This document shows, in pieces, positions 8,539 through 18,204 of a stretch of DNA of 64,000 bases. The notes below the pieces were generated by a model. The model did not search any database and was not told where the DNA came from. It worked only from the letters and a program-made list of their open reading frames with translations. Each line of letters begins with the position of its first letter. Positions within the stretch are counted from its first letter, which is position 1. This DNA comes from Thermoanaerobaculia bacterium (GTDB lineage: Bacteria > Acidobacteriota > Thermoanaerobaculia > Multivoradales > UBA5704), in NCBI GenBank assembly GCA_044866775.1, contig JBIOUG010000095.1, forward strand, positions 4,415-68,414, in the 5' to 3' direction. The position numbers were made by a program, and so were the translations under genes.

Positions 8539-9792
8539 ATGCTCGCCCGGATGGTCGGTGCGCGTCTCCCTTCCCCGACCGGGCCTCGGCGGCTCGTGGT
8601 GCTGACGGGGGCGCGTCAGGTGGGGAAGACGACGCTGGCTCGCGCGCTCTACGGCAAGAAGCTCCGCTACCTGAACCTCGACTCGCCGGGAGAGCGCGAG
8701 CGACTCCGGGGAGTGCCCGCCGAGGGATGGGCGCGGGTGGTCGGGCCGGCGGTGCTCGACGAGGTGCAAAAAGCTCCCGGGCTCCTCGACAAGATCAAGT
8801 GGGCGTACGACGAAGGGGAGCTGCGGTTCTCGGTGCTGCTCGGCTCCTCGCGCATCCTGCTGCTCGAGCAGGTGCGGGAGACGCTCGCGGGGCGGGTGTT
8901 CCTCTACGAGCTGTGGCCGCTCACCGTTGGCGAGCTCGCCGCTCACTTTGGAGGGACCGCTCCGGCCGAGCCGCTGATCGCCACGCTGGCGGCCGATCCC
9001 GCCGGCGCCGCCGCGCGGCTGCGCCCGCTGCTCGACGGCGTCGTCGGCCCGCAGGCGGGCGTCGCCCAGGCGGCGGTCCAGCACAGCCTGGAGTGGGGCG
9101 GTCTCCCCGCCCTCCTCCAGTACCCTGTCGAGGAGCGGCGGCAGTGGCTCGACGGGTACCACGCGACCTATCTCGAACGGGACCTGGCCGATCTCGCCCA
9201 GCTCCGCGACCTCGAGGCATTCACTCTCTGTCATCGCCTGGCGTCGCTGCGCGCGGGAAGGATCCTCTCCTATTCCGAGCTCGCCCGCGATGCCGCCCTC
9301 CCCATCACCACGGTGCGGCGCTACCTGCGGTACCTCGAGCTCTCCTACCAGATCTTCCACTTGCCGGCCTGGGCGGGCAATCCCAGCCTGCGCCTGATCA
9401 AGGCCCCGAAGCTCATCTGGTTCGACAGCGGCGTGCAGCGCGCCCTCTCGGGCGAGGTCGGCGGACTGCGCGGCGAGCAGTACGAGAGCACCCTGATCGC
9501 GCAGATCCTGATGACCCTGTGGAATCTCGGCGTGCGTGCCGAGGCGTCCTACCTGCGCACGGCCGGCGGTCTCGAAGTCGACCTCGTGATCGAGCGGCAG
9601 GAGGGGCTCCTGGCCTTCGAGATCAAGGCGCGCTCGCGCGTCGAGACGCGCGACGCGGGCCGGATCGAGAGGGCGCGGCGGGCCCTGGGAGAGCGCTACC
9701 GCGGCGGGATCGTCGTCTATCGCGGCCAGCAGGTCGTGCAGCTCACGGAGACGGTCTTCGCGGTCCCCGACTGGCTGCTGCTGGGGTACTGA
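8539..9792 (+). CDS. AAA+ ATPase with DUF4143 C-terminal domain (AAA_14/DUF4143 family)
   Basis: Walker A is LVVLTGARQVGKTTLARALY. The family-typical C-terminal half includes LDGYHATYLERDL and SELARDAALPITTVRRYLRYLELSY. The first ATG is at 8539; the track ORF starts at a TTG at 8521. Confidence 0.8.
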   Translation: MLARMVGARLPSPTGPRRLVVLTGARQVGKTTLARALYGKKLRYLNLDSPGERERLRGVPAEGWARVVGPAVLDEVQKAPGLLDKIKWAYDEGELRFSVLLGSSRILLLEQVRETLAGRVFLYELWPLTVGELAAHFGGTAPAEPLIATLAADPAGAAARLRPLLDGVVGPQAGVAQAAVQHSLEWGGLPALLQYPVEERRQWLDGYHATYLERDLADLAQLRDLEAFTLCHRLASLRAGRILSYSELARDAALPITTVRRYLRYLELSYQIFHLPAWAGNPSLRLIKAPKLIWFDSGVQRALSGEVGGLRGEQYESTLIAQILMTLWNLGVRAEASYLRTAGGLEVDLVIERQEGLLAFEIKARSRVETRDAGRIERARRALGERYRGGIVVYRGQQVVQLTETVFAVPDWLLLGY

Positions 9793-12431
9793 GCTCTATC
9801 CTTCGCCTCGTACCAGCTCCGCCCCCACCCGGCGTCGACCACGAGAGGCACCGCCAGCGCCGCCACGCCCTCCATCTCCTGCTTGACCTTCGCCGCCACC
9901 GTCTCGACCTCGGCCTCCGGCACCTCGAAGACCAGCTCGTCGTGGACGGTCAGGAGCAGGCGCGCCTCGGGGTGCTCGTCTCGCAACCGGCAATCGACCG
10001 CGATCATCGCCTTCTTCAGGAGGTCCGCCGCGGTGCCCTGGATCCTGGCGTTGATCGCCATGCGGCGGGCGTTCTCGCGCAGCGCCCGGTTCTTGCTCTG
10101 GATCTCGGGGAGCCAGCGGACGCGGCCGTAGAGGGTCTCGACGCGGCCTTCCTTCTCGGCGCTCGCCAGCGTCTCGTCGAGGTAGCGCCGCACGCCCGGG
10201 TACTGCGCCAGGTAGTCGCGGATGAAGCGGTCGGCTTCCTTCTGCGGGATGCCGAGGTTCTGCGCCAGGCCGAAGGCGCTCATGCCGTAGAGGATGCCGA
10301 AGTTGATGGTCTTGGCGGCGCGGCGCTGCTCGGGGGTGACCAGGGCCGCCGAGATGCCGAAGACGGTGGCGGCGGTGGCGCGGTGGATGTCGGTGCCGTC
10401 GGCGAAGGCCTTGACCAGCGCCTCCTCCTCGGCGATGTGGGCGAGGATGCGCAGCTCGATCTGGCTGTAGTCCGCCACCAGGAGCTGGCTGCCCGGACCG
10501 GCGATGAAGGCCTTCCTGATGCGCTGCCCGAGCTCGGTGCGGATCGGGATGTTCTGCAGGTTCGGGTTGGCCGACGACAGCCGGCCGGTCGCCGCCACCG
10601 CCTGGTAGTAGCGGGTGTGGAGGCGGCGGTCGCCGTCGACCAGGCCGGGGAAGGCGTCGATGTAGGTGCTCTTGAGCTTCGACAGCTCGCGGTAGCGCAG
10701 CAGCACCTCCGGCAGCGGATAGCCGCGCGCCGCCAGCTCCTCGAGCGTCTCGGCGCCGGTCGAGTAGCTGCGGGTCTTCTGCGTGCGCTTGAGCACCGGG
10801 TAGCCGAGCTTCTCGAACAGGATGACGCCGAGCTGCTGCGGCGAGTTGAGGTTGAAGCGCTCGCCGGCGATGTCGTAGGCCTGCCCCTCGAGCGCCAGCA
10901 GCTCCTTGCCGAGCTCGCTCGCCATGTCGGCGAGGAGGTCGATGTCGAGCAGGATGCCGCGCTCCTCCATCCCCAGGAGCACCGGCAGCAGCGGCGCCTC
11001 GATGTCGCGGTAGATGCGCTCGAGCGCCGGGCTCGCTGCCAGCTCCTCGCGCATCGGCGGCACGAGCTGCCGCGCGAGGTCGATGCGCTCGCCGGCGTAG
11101 GCGGCGAGGCGCGAGTCGCCGAGCGGCGGCTCCTGTGCCTTGTCCCAGCCGGCGTCCTTGGCGGAGAGCGGCTTGCGATTGAGCCGCTCGAGCGCCAGCT
11201 CCTCGAGCGCATGGCCGTGCACCGAGGGCTTCAGGAGATAGGAGGCCAGCATGGCGTCGAAGAGCGGCGCCCGGCAGAAGCGGCCGGCGGCGCAGAGGCG
11301 CAGGACCTCCTTCAGGTTGTGGCCGACGAGCGTGGTCGCCGGGTCCTCCGCCCAGCGCGCCAGGGTCTCGACGGCGGCCTCGCGCATCCCGGGCCGCCGC
11401 AGGTCGGCCATCCAGACCGCGCCTTCGGCGCTCCCGGCCGCCAGCCCGAGCGGGTGCTCCTCCCCGAGCACGGCGATGTAGAGGTCGCCCGCGAGCGCCG
11501 CCGCCAGCCGCCGCCACTCCTCGGGAGACTCGACCTCGGTCGCCGGCGCCGCGGCCTCCCCGGCCACCGCCGCCGTCGGCGCCAGCTCCTCGGCGAGCGA
11601 GAAGAACTCGAGGTCGGTGAAGAGGCGGCGCAGCGCCACCGGGTCCGGGGCCTCGCGGCGGAGCTTCTCGGGCTCGAAGGGGATCGGCAGGTCACAGTGC
11701 AGGGTCGTCAACTGCTTCGAGAGCTTGAGCTGCTCGGCGTGCGCGCGCAGAGTCTCCCGCTGCTTCGGCGGCGCCTCCTCGAGCCGCGACAGCAGCTCCT
11801 CGATCGAGCCGAACTGCTGGATCAGCTTCTTGGCGCCGACCCGTCCGATCCCCGGAACGCCGGGGATGTTGTCGATGGTGTCGCCGATCAAGGCCAGGAA
11901 GTCCGGAACCTGCGCGGGGAGGACCCCATAGTCCTCCTCGACGTCCGGCGGGCCGTAGACCTTCTCCTTGATCAGGTGGAGGAACGACACTCCGGGCCGC
12001 ACGAGCTGCATCAGGTCCTTGTCGGCGGAGACGAGCACGACGTCGTACCCCGCCTCGGCTCCCTTGCAGGCGAGCGTGCCGAGCACGTCGTCGGCTTCGT
12101 AGCGCGGCTCTTCGACGATCGGGATCCGATAGGCGTCGATGATCTGGCGGATCCAGGGGAGCTGGTTGATGAGGTCGGCCGGCATCGGCGCGCGGTTCGC
12201 CTTGTACTGCTCGTAGAGATCGCTGCGGGCGCTCGGCGCGCCGACGTCGAGCGCCATGGCCATGAACTCGGGCTGCTGCTCGCGCAGGAGCTTGCGCAGG
12301 GTCTGCACGACGATGTAGACGGCGTTCGTCGGCTGCCCGCGGGAGGTCGAGAGCCGCGTCGGGGCGAAGAACGAGCGGTAGATGAGGTAGTAGCCGTCGA
12401 TCAGGAACAGCCGCGGGCGGGGCTCGGTCAT
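9717..12431 (-). CDS. polA: DNA polymerase I
   Basis: The 5'-nuclease N-terminus is RLFLIDGYYLIYRSFFA. Polymerase motif A is LVADYSQIELRILAH, motif B is RRAAKTINFGILYGMSAFGL and motif C is LLLTVHDELVFEV. Length is 904 aa. Confidence 0.95.
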   Translation of the reverse strand: MTEPRPRLFLIDGYYLIYRSFFAPTRLSTSRGQPTNAVYIVVQTLRKLLREQQPEFMAMALDVGAPSARSDLYEQYKANRAPMPADLINQLPWIRQIIDAYRIPIVEEPRYEADDVLGTLACKGAEAGYDVVLVSADKDLMQLVRPGVSFLHLIKEKVYGPPDVEEDYGVLPAQVPDFLALIGDTIDNIPGVPGIGRVGAKKLIQQFGSIEELLSRLEEAPPKQRETLRAHAEQLKLSKQLTTLHCDLPIPFEPEKLRREAPDPVALRRLFTDLEFFSLAEELAPTAAVAGEAAAPATEVESPEEWRRLAAALAGDLYIAVLGEEHPLGLAAGSAEGAVWMADLRRPGMREAAVETLARWAEDPATTLVGHNLKEVLRLCAAGRFCRAPLFDAMLASYLLKPSVHGHALEELALERLNRKPLSAKDAGWDKAQEPPLGDSRLAAYAGERIDLARQLVPPMREELAASPALERIYRDIEAPLLPVLLGMEERGILLDIDLLADMASELGKELLALEGQAYDIAGERFNLNSPQQLGVILFEKLGYPVLKRTQKTRSYSTGAETLEELAARGYPLPEVLLRYRELSKLKSTYIDAFPGLVDGDRRLHTRYYQAVAATGRLSSANPNLQNIPIRTELGQRIRKAFIAGPGSQLLVADYSQIELRILAHIAEEEALVKAFADGTDIHRATAATVFGISAALVTPEQRRAAKTINFGILYGMSAFGLAQNLGIPQKEADRFIRDYLAQYPGVRRYLDETLASAEKEGRVETLYGRVRWLPEIQSKNRALRENARRMAINARIQGTAADLLKKAMIAVDCRLRDEHPEARLLLTVHDELVFEVPEAEVETVAAKVKQEMEGVAALAVPLVVDAGWGRSWYEAKDRAQYPSSSQSGTAKTVSVSCTTCWPR

Positions 12432-12593
12432 AGGGCGGTCATTGTGTCAGGTCCGGGCGAGGGCATGGCACGGGTCTAGCATTTTGCCAGCGCGTCTGAA
12501 CAGGCACGCCTGGAGAGGTTCGCACAGGCGGGGCGGCAGGGACGAGGCCGGGGCCCGCACGGGCGGGCCGCCGTTGCGAAAGGAGGCAGTCAC

Positions 12594-12863
12594 GTGGAAG
12601 CGGGCATGGGACTCATCTCGTGGATCGTGTTCGGCCTGATTGCGGGTCTGATCGCCAAGATGATCATGCCGGGCAGGGACCCGGGCGGCTGCATCATCAC
12701 GGTCATCATCGGGGTCGTGGGGGCGCTGCTCGGCGGCTTCATCGCCACGGCACTGGGCTTCGGGGGGATCAGCGGGTTCGACTGGCGGAGCCTGCTGATC
12801 GCGATCCTCGGATCGCTCGTGCTGCTGTTCATCTGGAGGGCCATCTCCGGCAGGAGGGCGTAG
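12594..12863 (+). CDS. GlsB/YeaQ/YmgE family (transglycosylase-associated) stress membrane protein
   Basis: GLISWIVFGLIAGLIAKMIMPGRDPGGCIITVIIGVVGALLGGF is the family signature. An AGGAGG lies 7 nt upstream of the GTG at 12594; an alternative ATG lies at 12606. Confidence 0.85.
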   Translation: MEAGMGLISWIVFGLIAGLIAKMIMPGRDPGGCIITVIIGVVGALLGGFIATALGFGGISGFDWRSLLIAILGSLVLLFIWRAISGRRA

Positions 12864-12888
12864 GCCGGGCGCCCGCGGGTTTCGTCGC

Positions 12889-13398
12889 TCAGGCGCGGCG
12901 GGCTTGGGCGACGAGGTGCGCGGCCTCGGGGAGGATGAGCTCCTCCATGGCGAGGGCCACGGCCTTGGGCGAGCCGGGGAGGGCGAACAGGGCGCGGCCG
13001 GCGATGACGCCGGCGGCGGCGCGGGAGAGCATGGCGGCGGCGCCGACCTGCCGGTAGGAGAGCATCCGGAAGAGCTCGCCGAAGCCCTCGACCGGCCGCT
13101 CGAGGAGCGGAGCGACGGCTTCGAGCGTCAGGTCGCGGGGCGAGAGGCCGGTGCCGCCGGTCGTCACCACCACGTCCACCTCCGGCAGAGCCAGCAGCTC
13201 GCGCAGGGCGGCGCGGATCTCCGGCACCGCGTCGCGCACGATCCGCGCCTCGATCACCCGGTGCCCCGCCCGCTCCGCGGCCTCGCGGATCGCCCGCCCG
13301 CCGGCATCGTCCTCCGGCGTCCTGCTGTCGCTCACCGTCAGAGCGGCGAACCCGAGGCTCCGCGGCGCCTGGGCGCGGTGCTGCGCGGGGACGTCCAT
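12889..13398 (-). CDS. moaB: molybdenum cofactor biosynthesis protein B (MoaB/MogA fold)
   Basis: LTVSDSRTPEDDAGG...VVVTTGGTGLSPRDLT...ALPGSPKAV. Length is 169 aa. Confidence 0.8.
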   Translation of the reverse strand: MDVPAQHRAQAPRSLGFAALTVSDSRTPEDDAGGRAIREAAERAGHRVIEARIVRDAVPEIRAALRELLALPEVDVVVTTGGTGLSPRDLTLEAVAPLLERPVEGFGELFRMLSYRQVGAAAMLSRAAAGVIAGRALFALPGSPKAVALAMEELILPEAAHLVAQARRA

Positions 13399-13445
13399 CG
13401 GCGGGGCAGGCTAGCACGCGGCCGGGCAGCTAGAATCGCCGCCTC

Positions 13446-16400
13446 ATGCGCTTCCGGCCCGTGCTCGCCACTGCAGCTCTGCTTCTCGCCGCCCTTCCTT
13501 GCCTGAATTCTCTTTCTGCGAATGGTCAACCGCCCGCCTTGCCGCCGCGGGCGCTCGAGCTGCGGACGCTGGGGATCGCGCAGCTCGAGAACGAGCAGCC
13601 GGCGGAGGCGGCGGCGACCTTCGCGGAGGTGGCGCGGCTGGTGCCGGGGGATCCGCTGGGCGACGCCAACCTGGCGGTCGCGCTGCTGCGCCAGCAGAAG
13701 AGCGACGAGGCGCTGGCGGCGATCGGGCGGGCGCTCGGGAAGACGCCGGGGCGGCCCGACCTGCTGGCGATCCAGGCGGAGGCGCTGCAGTGGGCCGGCG
13801 AGCCCGAGAAGGCGCTCGCGGCGCTCGAGCAGGCGATGGCCGCGGCGCCCGAGGATCTCGAGATCCTGTTCGCGGCGCAGCGCCTCGCCGTTACGCTCGA
13901 AGGCGAGGCGGCGGAGCGGGTGGGGGCGGCGGCGCTCGAGCGGCTGGCGCGGCTGCGGCCGGAGAACGTGGTGGTCCTGACGCAGCTCGGCAGCCGCGCG
14001 GTCCAGGCCGGCGACCGCACGGCGGCGACCGGCGCCTATCTGCGCCTGAAGGAGCTGCTCTGGCAGGCGCCGCAGGCGGAGGCGCTCCTGGGCCAGCTCC
14101 TGACGGCGCTCGAGGCGGGCGACCCGGCGGCGGTGCGGGTGCCGGCGCTGCGGCTCGAGAACGTCCTCAAGGTGACGCCGATGTACCAGCAGGGGCTGCG
14201 CGAGCTGACCGCCGGGATCCAGGGGGTGCCGGTCACGCGCTTCGCCGGCGAGCCGCCGCCGGCGGCGTTCGGCGAGCCGGTGCCGGTCGAGCTGCGGGGC
14301 ACGGCAATCGACGGCACGGCGACCGCCGGTTCGGGCCTCGCGGTGGGAGATTTCGACAACGACCAGAAGCCGGACCTGGCGCGGCTCGTCGCAGGTGAGG
14401 CGCCGGGCCTGGAAGTGCGTCTCGCAGCCGCCGGGTGGCAGGCGCACGGCTCGCCCGCCCACGAGGTCCGTGGGTTCACCGGCCTCGCCGCTCTCGACCT
14501 CGACAACGATGGGAAGCTCGATCTCCTGGGCTACGGCCCGGAGCGGACCGCGATGTTTCTGGGTAAGGGGGACGGGGCATTTGCCGCCGCACCCGAGCTT
14601 CTCGCCGCCGCGCGCGGCGCAACCGCCGCCACGGCCCTCGATTACGACATCGAAGGCGACCTGGACCTCGCGCTTGCCGGGGGCCCGGCAGGCGCGCCGG
14701 CGCCCGCCCAGCTCCTGCGGAATACCCTCGAAGGACCAGCGACGCCGCTGACGGCCGTCGGCGAGAAGACCTTCCCTTCCCTTCCCTGGAACGCAGTCCA
14801 CCAGGCCCTCGCCACCGATCTCGATCGCGACGGCGACCTCGACCTCCTCCTCGCCCACGCCGGCGGCCTCGCCTGGCTCGACAACCTGCGCCAGGGGCGC
14901 TTCGCCGACCGCACCGCCGCCGCCGGCCTCGCCGCCGCGGGCAGCCCCGGGGAGGTCCTGACCGTCGCCAGCGCCGACCTCGACCAGGACGGCCTCCCCG
15001 ACCTGATCGCGGCGCCGGCCGCCGGCGGGCTCCGCTTCCTCCGCAACGAGGGCGGGAAGTTCACGGCCTGGGACCTCGCGTCGGGCCTGGCGGGCGCCCC
15101 GCCGCCGGTCGTCCGCGCCCTCGCCACGCCCGACCTCGACAACGACGGCCGCGTCGACCTCGCCGTCGCCGGCGACTCCGGCGTGGCCGCGCTCTCGCGC
15201 CGCGGATCGGGCTTTGAGGCGATCCCCTTGACCGGCGGCCCGCCCCGCGCCACCGCCCTCGAGGCGGCCGACCTCGACGGCGACGGCGACCTCGACCTCC
15301 TCGCCGCCGGCCCGTCCGGCCTCCACCGCCTCGACAACCAGGGCGGCAACACGAACCACTGGCTGGCGGTGCGGCTCCAGGGGCTGGCCAAGGGGAACAG
15401 CAAGAACAACCTCTTCGGCGTCGGCTCGGTCGTCGAGGTGCGCGCCGGAGCGGCGTACCAGCTCCGCGAGGCGATGGGGCAGGTCGTGCACTTCGGCCTC
15501 GGGAGCCTCGCCAAGGCCGACCTGCTGCGCGTCGTCTGGCCGAACGGCGTGCCGCAGAACCGGCTCCAGCCGCGGCTCGACCAGCGCATCGTCGAGGAGC
15601 AGCTCTTGAAGGGGAGCTGCCCGTTCCTCTACGCCTGGGACGGGACCCGCATGGCGTTCGTCACCGATCTCCTCTGGGGGGCGCCGATCGGCCTGCCGGT
15701 CGCCGAGGGGGTGTGGGCCGGCGCCGATCCCGACGAGCTGGTGCGGGTGGACGGCGCGCGCGCGGACGGCGGCAGCTACCGTCTGGCGGTGACCGAGGAG
15801 CTGTGGGAAGCGGCCTTCATCGACCGCCTGCGGCTCTGGGTCGTCGACGCCCCGGCCGAGGTCGAGGTGGCGAGCAGCCTGAAGATCCTCCCCGGGCGGG
15901 TCCTGCCGGAAGCGGTCGTGGGCAGCCGCGGCCTGCGGCCGGTCGCGGCGGCCTGGGACGGCGCGGACCGGGACGTCACGGCGCGGGTCGCGGCGCGCGA
16001 CGAGGTCTACGCCTCGGGGTACGAAGAGGGGCGCTACCAGGGAGTCGCGGCGCGCCCGTGGAGCTTCACCTTCGATCTCGGCGCGGCGCCCGGCGGTCCC
16101 GTGCGCCTCCACCTCGACGGCTGGATCTTTCCCGCCGACGCGAGCTTGAACCTCGCCGTCGCCCAGCGCGCCGTTCCCGGCCTCGTGCCGCCGCGCCTCG
16201 AGGTCGAGACCGCCGGCGGCTGGCGCGCGCTGCTGCCGGAGATGGGCTTCCCGGCCGGCAAGACGAAGACCATGGTCGTCGACACGCCGCCGCTGCCGCC
16301 CGGGGCGCGGCGCCTGCGCATCACGACCTCGCTCTGGCTCGCCTGGGACCGCGTCGCCTGGACGACCTCTCCGGCCGATACCGCGCCGCGCATCGTGGCC

Positions 16401-16871
16401 CGCCTCGCGCCGGCGCGCGCCGAGCTGCGCTTCCGCGGCTTCTCGCGCCTGGTGCGCAGCGCGCCCAACGCGCCGCACCGCTTCCTCTATGAGGAGACGT
16501 CGACCGCCTCCCCCTGGCTCCCCTTCCCCGGGCGCTATACGCGCTTCGGCGACGTGCGCGAGCTGCTGGGCGAGGCCGACGACCGCGCCGTCGTCATGGC
16601 CCCCGGCGACGAGATCGCCCTCGCCTTCGACGCCGGCGCTCTGTCCCCGCCCCCCGCCGGCTTCCGCCGCACCGTCTTCCTCGAGAGCTCCGGCTGGGAC
16701 AAGGACGCCGACCGCAACACCTATGCGGCGGCCGCGGTCGAGCCGCTCCCCTTCCGCGCCATGAGCGGCTACCCGTACGGGCCGGGCGAGCGCTTCCCCG
16801 ACACGCCGCTCCACCGCGAGTACCTGGCGACCTGGCTCACCCGGGAGGTGCCGCCGGCAGGCTTCGACTGA
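13446..16871 (+). CDS. secreted TPR + FG-GAP/VCBS repeat + ASPIC/UnbV domain protein (CRTAC1 family)
   Basis: Has a signal peptide, N-terminal TPR-like helices and repeated Ca-loop motifs (DLDNDGKLDLL, DLDRDGDLDLL, DLDQDGLPDLI, DLDNDGRVDLAV, DLDGDGDLDLL). These are followed by NHWLAVRLQG...FGVGSVVEV...VVWPNG. Confidence 0.8.
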   Translation: MRFRPVLATAALLLAALPCLNSLSANGQPPALPPRALELRTLGIAQLENEQPAEAAATFAEVARLVPGDPLGDANLAVALLRQQKSDEALAAIGRALGKTPGRPDLLAIQAEALQWAGEPEKALAALEQAMAAAPEDLEILFAAQRLAVTLEGEAAERVGAAALERLARLRPENVVVLTQLGSRAVQAGDRTAATGAYLRLKELLWQAPQAEALLGQLLTALEAGDPAAVRVPALRLENVLKVTPMYQQGLRELTAGIQGVPVTRFAGEPPPAAFGEPVPVELRGTAIDGTATAGSGLAVGDFDNDQKPDLARLVAGEAPGLEVRLAAAGWQAHGSPAHEVRGFTGLAALDLDNDGKLDLLGYGPERTAMFLGKGDGAFAAAPELLAAARGATAATALDYDIEGDLDLALAGGPAGAPAPAQLLRNTLEGPATPLTAVGEKTFPSLPWNAVHQALATDLDRDGDLDLLLAHAGGLAWLDNLRQGRFADRTAAAGLAAAGSPGEVLTVASADLDQDGLPDLIAAPAAGGLRFLRNEGGKFTAWDLASGLAGAPPPVVRALATPDLDNDGRVDLAVAGDSGVAALSRRGSGFEAIPLTGGPPRATALEAADLDGDGDLDLLAAGPSGLHRLDNQGGNTNHWLAVRLQGLAKGNSKNNLFGVGSVVEVRAGAAYQLREAMGQVVHFGLGSLAKADLLRVVWPNGVPQNRLQPRLDQRIVEEQLLKGSCPFLYAWDGTRMAFVTDLLWGAPIGLPVAEGVWAGADPDELVRVDGARADGGSYRLAVTEELWEAAFIDRLRLWVVDAPAEVEVASSLKILPGRVLPEAVVGSRGLRPVAAAWDGADRDVTARVAARDEVYASGYEEGRYQGVAARPWSFTFDLGAAPGGPVRLHLDGWIFPADASLNLAVAQRAVPGLVPPRLEVETAGGWRALLPEMGFPAGKTKTMVVDTPPLPPGARRLRITTSLWLAWDRVAWTTSPADTAPRIVARLAPARAELRFRGFSRLVRSAPNAPHRFLYEETSTASPWLPFPGRYTRFGDVRELLGEADDRAVVMAPGDEIALAFDAGALSPPPAGFRRTVFLESSGWDKDADRNTYAAAAVEPLPFRAMSGYPYGPGERFPDTPLHREYLATWLTREVPPAGFD

Positions 16872-16926
16872 GCGCCTGAAACCTGCCCGTCCCATTCCCG
16901 TAGAAGGGGGGCACCGAAGAGTTGTC

Positions 16927-18180
16927 ATGGACATCCCTCGCGCCGATCGTGCCCGCAGCCTCCGCCGCCGCCGCGTTGCCATCGCCGGCACCGCCGTGGC
17001 AGCCCTGGCGGCCATCACCTATGCCTCGACCCAGTTGAAGCCGGCGGCGCCCTCGGTGGACGGCGCCGGCCTCTGGATCGACACCGTCAAGCGCGGCCCG
17101 ATGCTGCGCCAGGTCCGCGGCCCCGGCACGCTGGTGCCGGTCGAGGTGCGCTGGATCTCCGCCCCGGTCGAGGGGCGCATCGAGCGCATCCCGGCGCTCG
17201 CCGGCGCCGAGCTCGGCCCCGACACCGTCCTGATGGAGCTCTCGAACCCCGAGCTCGAGCAGCAGGCGTTCCAGGCCGAGTCGGACCTGCGCGCCGCCCA
17301 GGCCGACCTCGAGGACCTGCGCGCCCAGCTCGAGAGCCAGGTGCTGGCGCAGCAGGCGACGGCGACGCGCGTCCTCTCCGAGAGCCGTGAGGCGGCCCTC
17401 GAGGCGGAGGCCAACGAGGCGCTGTCCAAGGACGGTCTGATCCCGGAGATCACCTTGAAGCGCTCGCGGCTGCGCGCCGAGCAGCTCGACCGCCAGGCCC
17501 AGATCGAGCAGCAGCGGGTCGAGAAGGCCAGGAGCTCGGCGGCCGCCCAGCTCGCGGCGCAGCAGGCGCGGGCGCAGCAGTTCCGCGACCTCTCGGCGCT
17601 GCGCCGCCGGCAGGTGGACTCGCTGCGCGTCCGCGCCGCCATCTCCGGCGTCCTCCAGGAGCTGCCGGTGCAGGTCGGGCAGCGGGTCGCGCCCGGCACG
17701 ACGCTGGCGCGCGTCGCCCGCCCCGAGACGCTCAAGGCCGAGCTGCGCGTCCCCGAGACTCAGGCCAAGGACGTGGCCCTCGGGCAGGTGGCGGCGATCG
17801 ACACCCGAAACGGCGTCGTGCCCGGCCGCGTCGCCCGCATCGACCCGGCGGCGCGCGAAGGCACGGTGACGGTCGACGTGACCCTGACCGGGCCGCTGCC
17901 GCAGGGCGCGCGCCCCGACCTCTCGGTCGACGGCACGATCGAGATCGAGCGCCTCGCCGACGTCGTCTACATGGGGCGGCCGACCCACGGCCAGCCGCAC
18001 AGCACGATCGAGATCTTCAAGCTGGTCAAGGACGGGCGCGAGGCGGAGCGGGTGACCGTGCGGCTGGGCCGCAGCTCGGTCTCCACCGTCGAGGTCCTCT
18101 CCGGCGTCAAGCCCGGCGACCAGGTCATCCTTTCCGACGTACCGGCCGCGGACGGTCAGGACCGCCTGCGCCTGGACTGA
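16927..18180 (+). CDS. HlyD/MacA-family periplasmic adaptor (membrane fusion protein)
   Basis: Has an N-terminal TM helix, a long coiled-coil region (LEQQAFQAESDLRAAQADLEDLRAQLES...) and a beta-barrel C-terminus. It sits directly upstream of ABC ATPase genes. Confidence 0.8.
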   Translation: MDIPRADRARSLRRRRVAIAGTAVAALAAITYASTQLKPAAPSVDGAGLWIDTVKRGPMLRQVRGPGTLVPVEVRWISAPVEGRIERIPALAGAELGPDTVLMELSNPELEQQAFQAESDLRAAQADLEDLRAQLESQVLAQQATATRVLSESREAALEAEANEALSKDGLIPEITLKRSRLRAEQLDRQAQIEQQRVEKARSSAAAQLAAQQARAQQFRDLSALRRRQVDSLRVRAAISGVLQELPVQVGQRVAPGTTLARVARPETLKAELRVPETQAKDVALGQVAAIDTRNGVVPGRVARIDPAAREGTVTVDVTLTGPLPQGARPDLSVDGTIEIERLADVVYMGRPTHGQPHSTIEIFKLVKDGREAERVTVRLGRSSVSTVEVLSGVKPGDQVILSDVPAADGQDRLRLD

Positions 18181-18204
18181 TCCATCCAATCCACGGAGGC
18201 TCAC

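Noticed and set aside
8727-12479. 1250-aa plus-strand ORF opposite polA. Similar giant ORFs: 13338..17018(-), 16837..19599(-), 5072..6955(+), 36937..39087(+), 55363..57081(+), 20340..21359(+)
   Set aside because: They are antisense shadows of well-supported genes (polA, the CRTAC1-like gene, the HlyD/ABC genes, the STAND gene, lptD and others). Their translations are Arg/Gly/Pro/Ala-rich low-complexity sequence, typical of stop-poor frames in 70% GC DNA.
12432-12593. Possible riboswitch or leader in the 160-nt region upstream of the YeaQ-family gene
   Set aside because: I could not recognise any known riboswitch consensus or a convincing conserved structure by eye. It is left unannotated.
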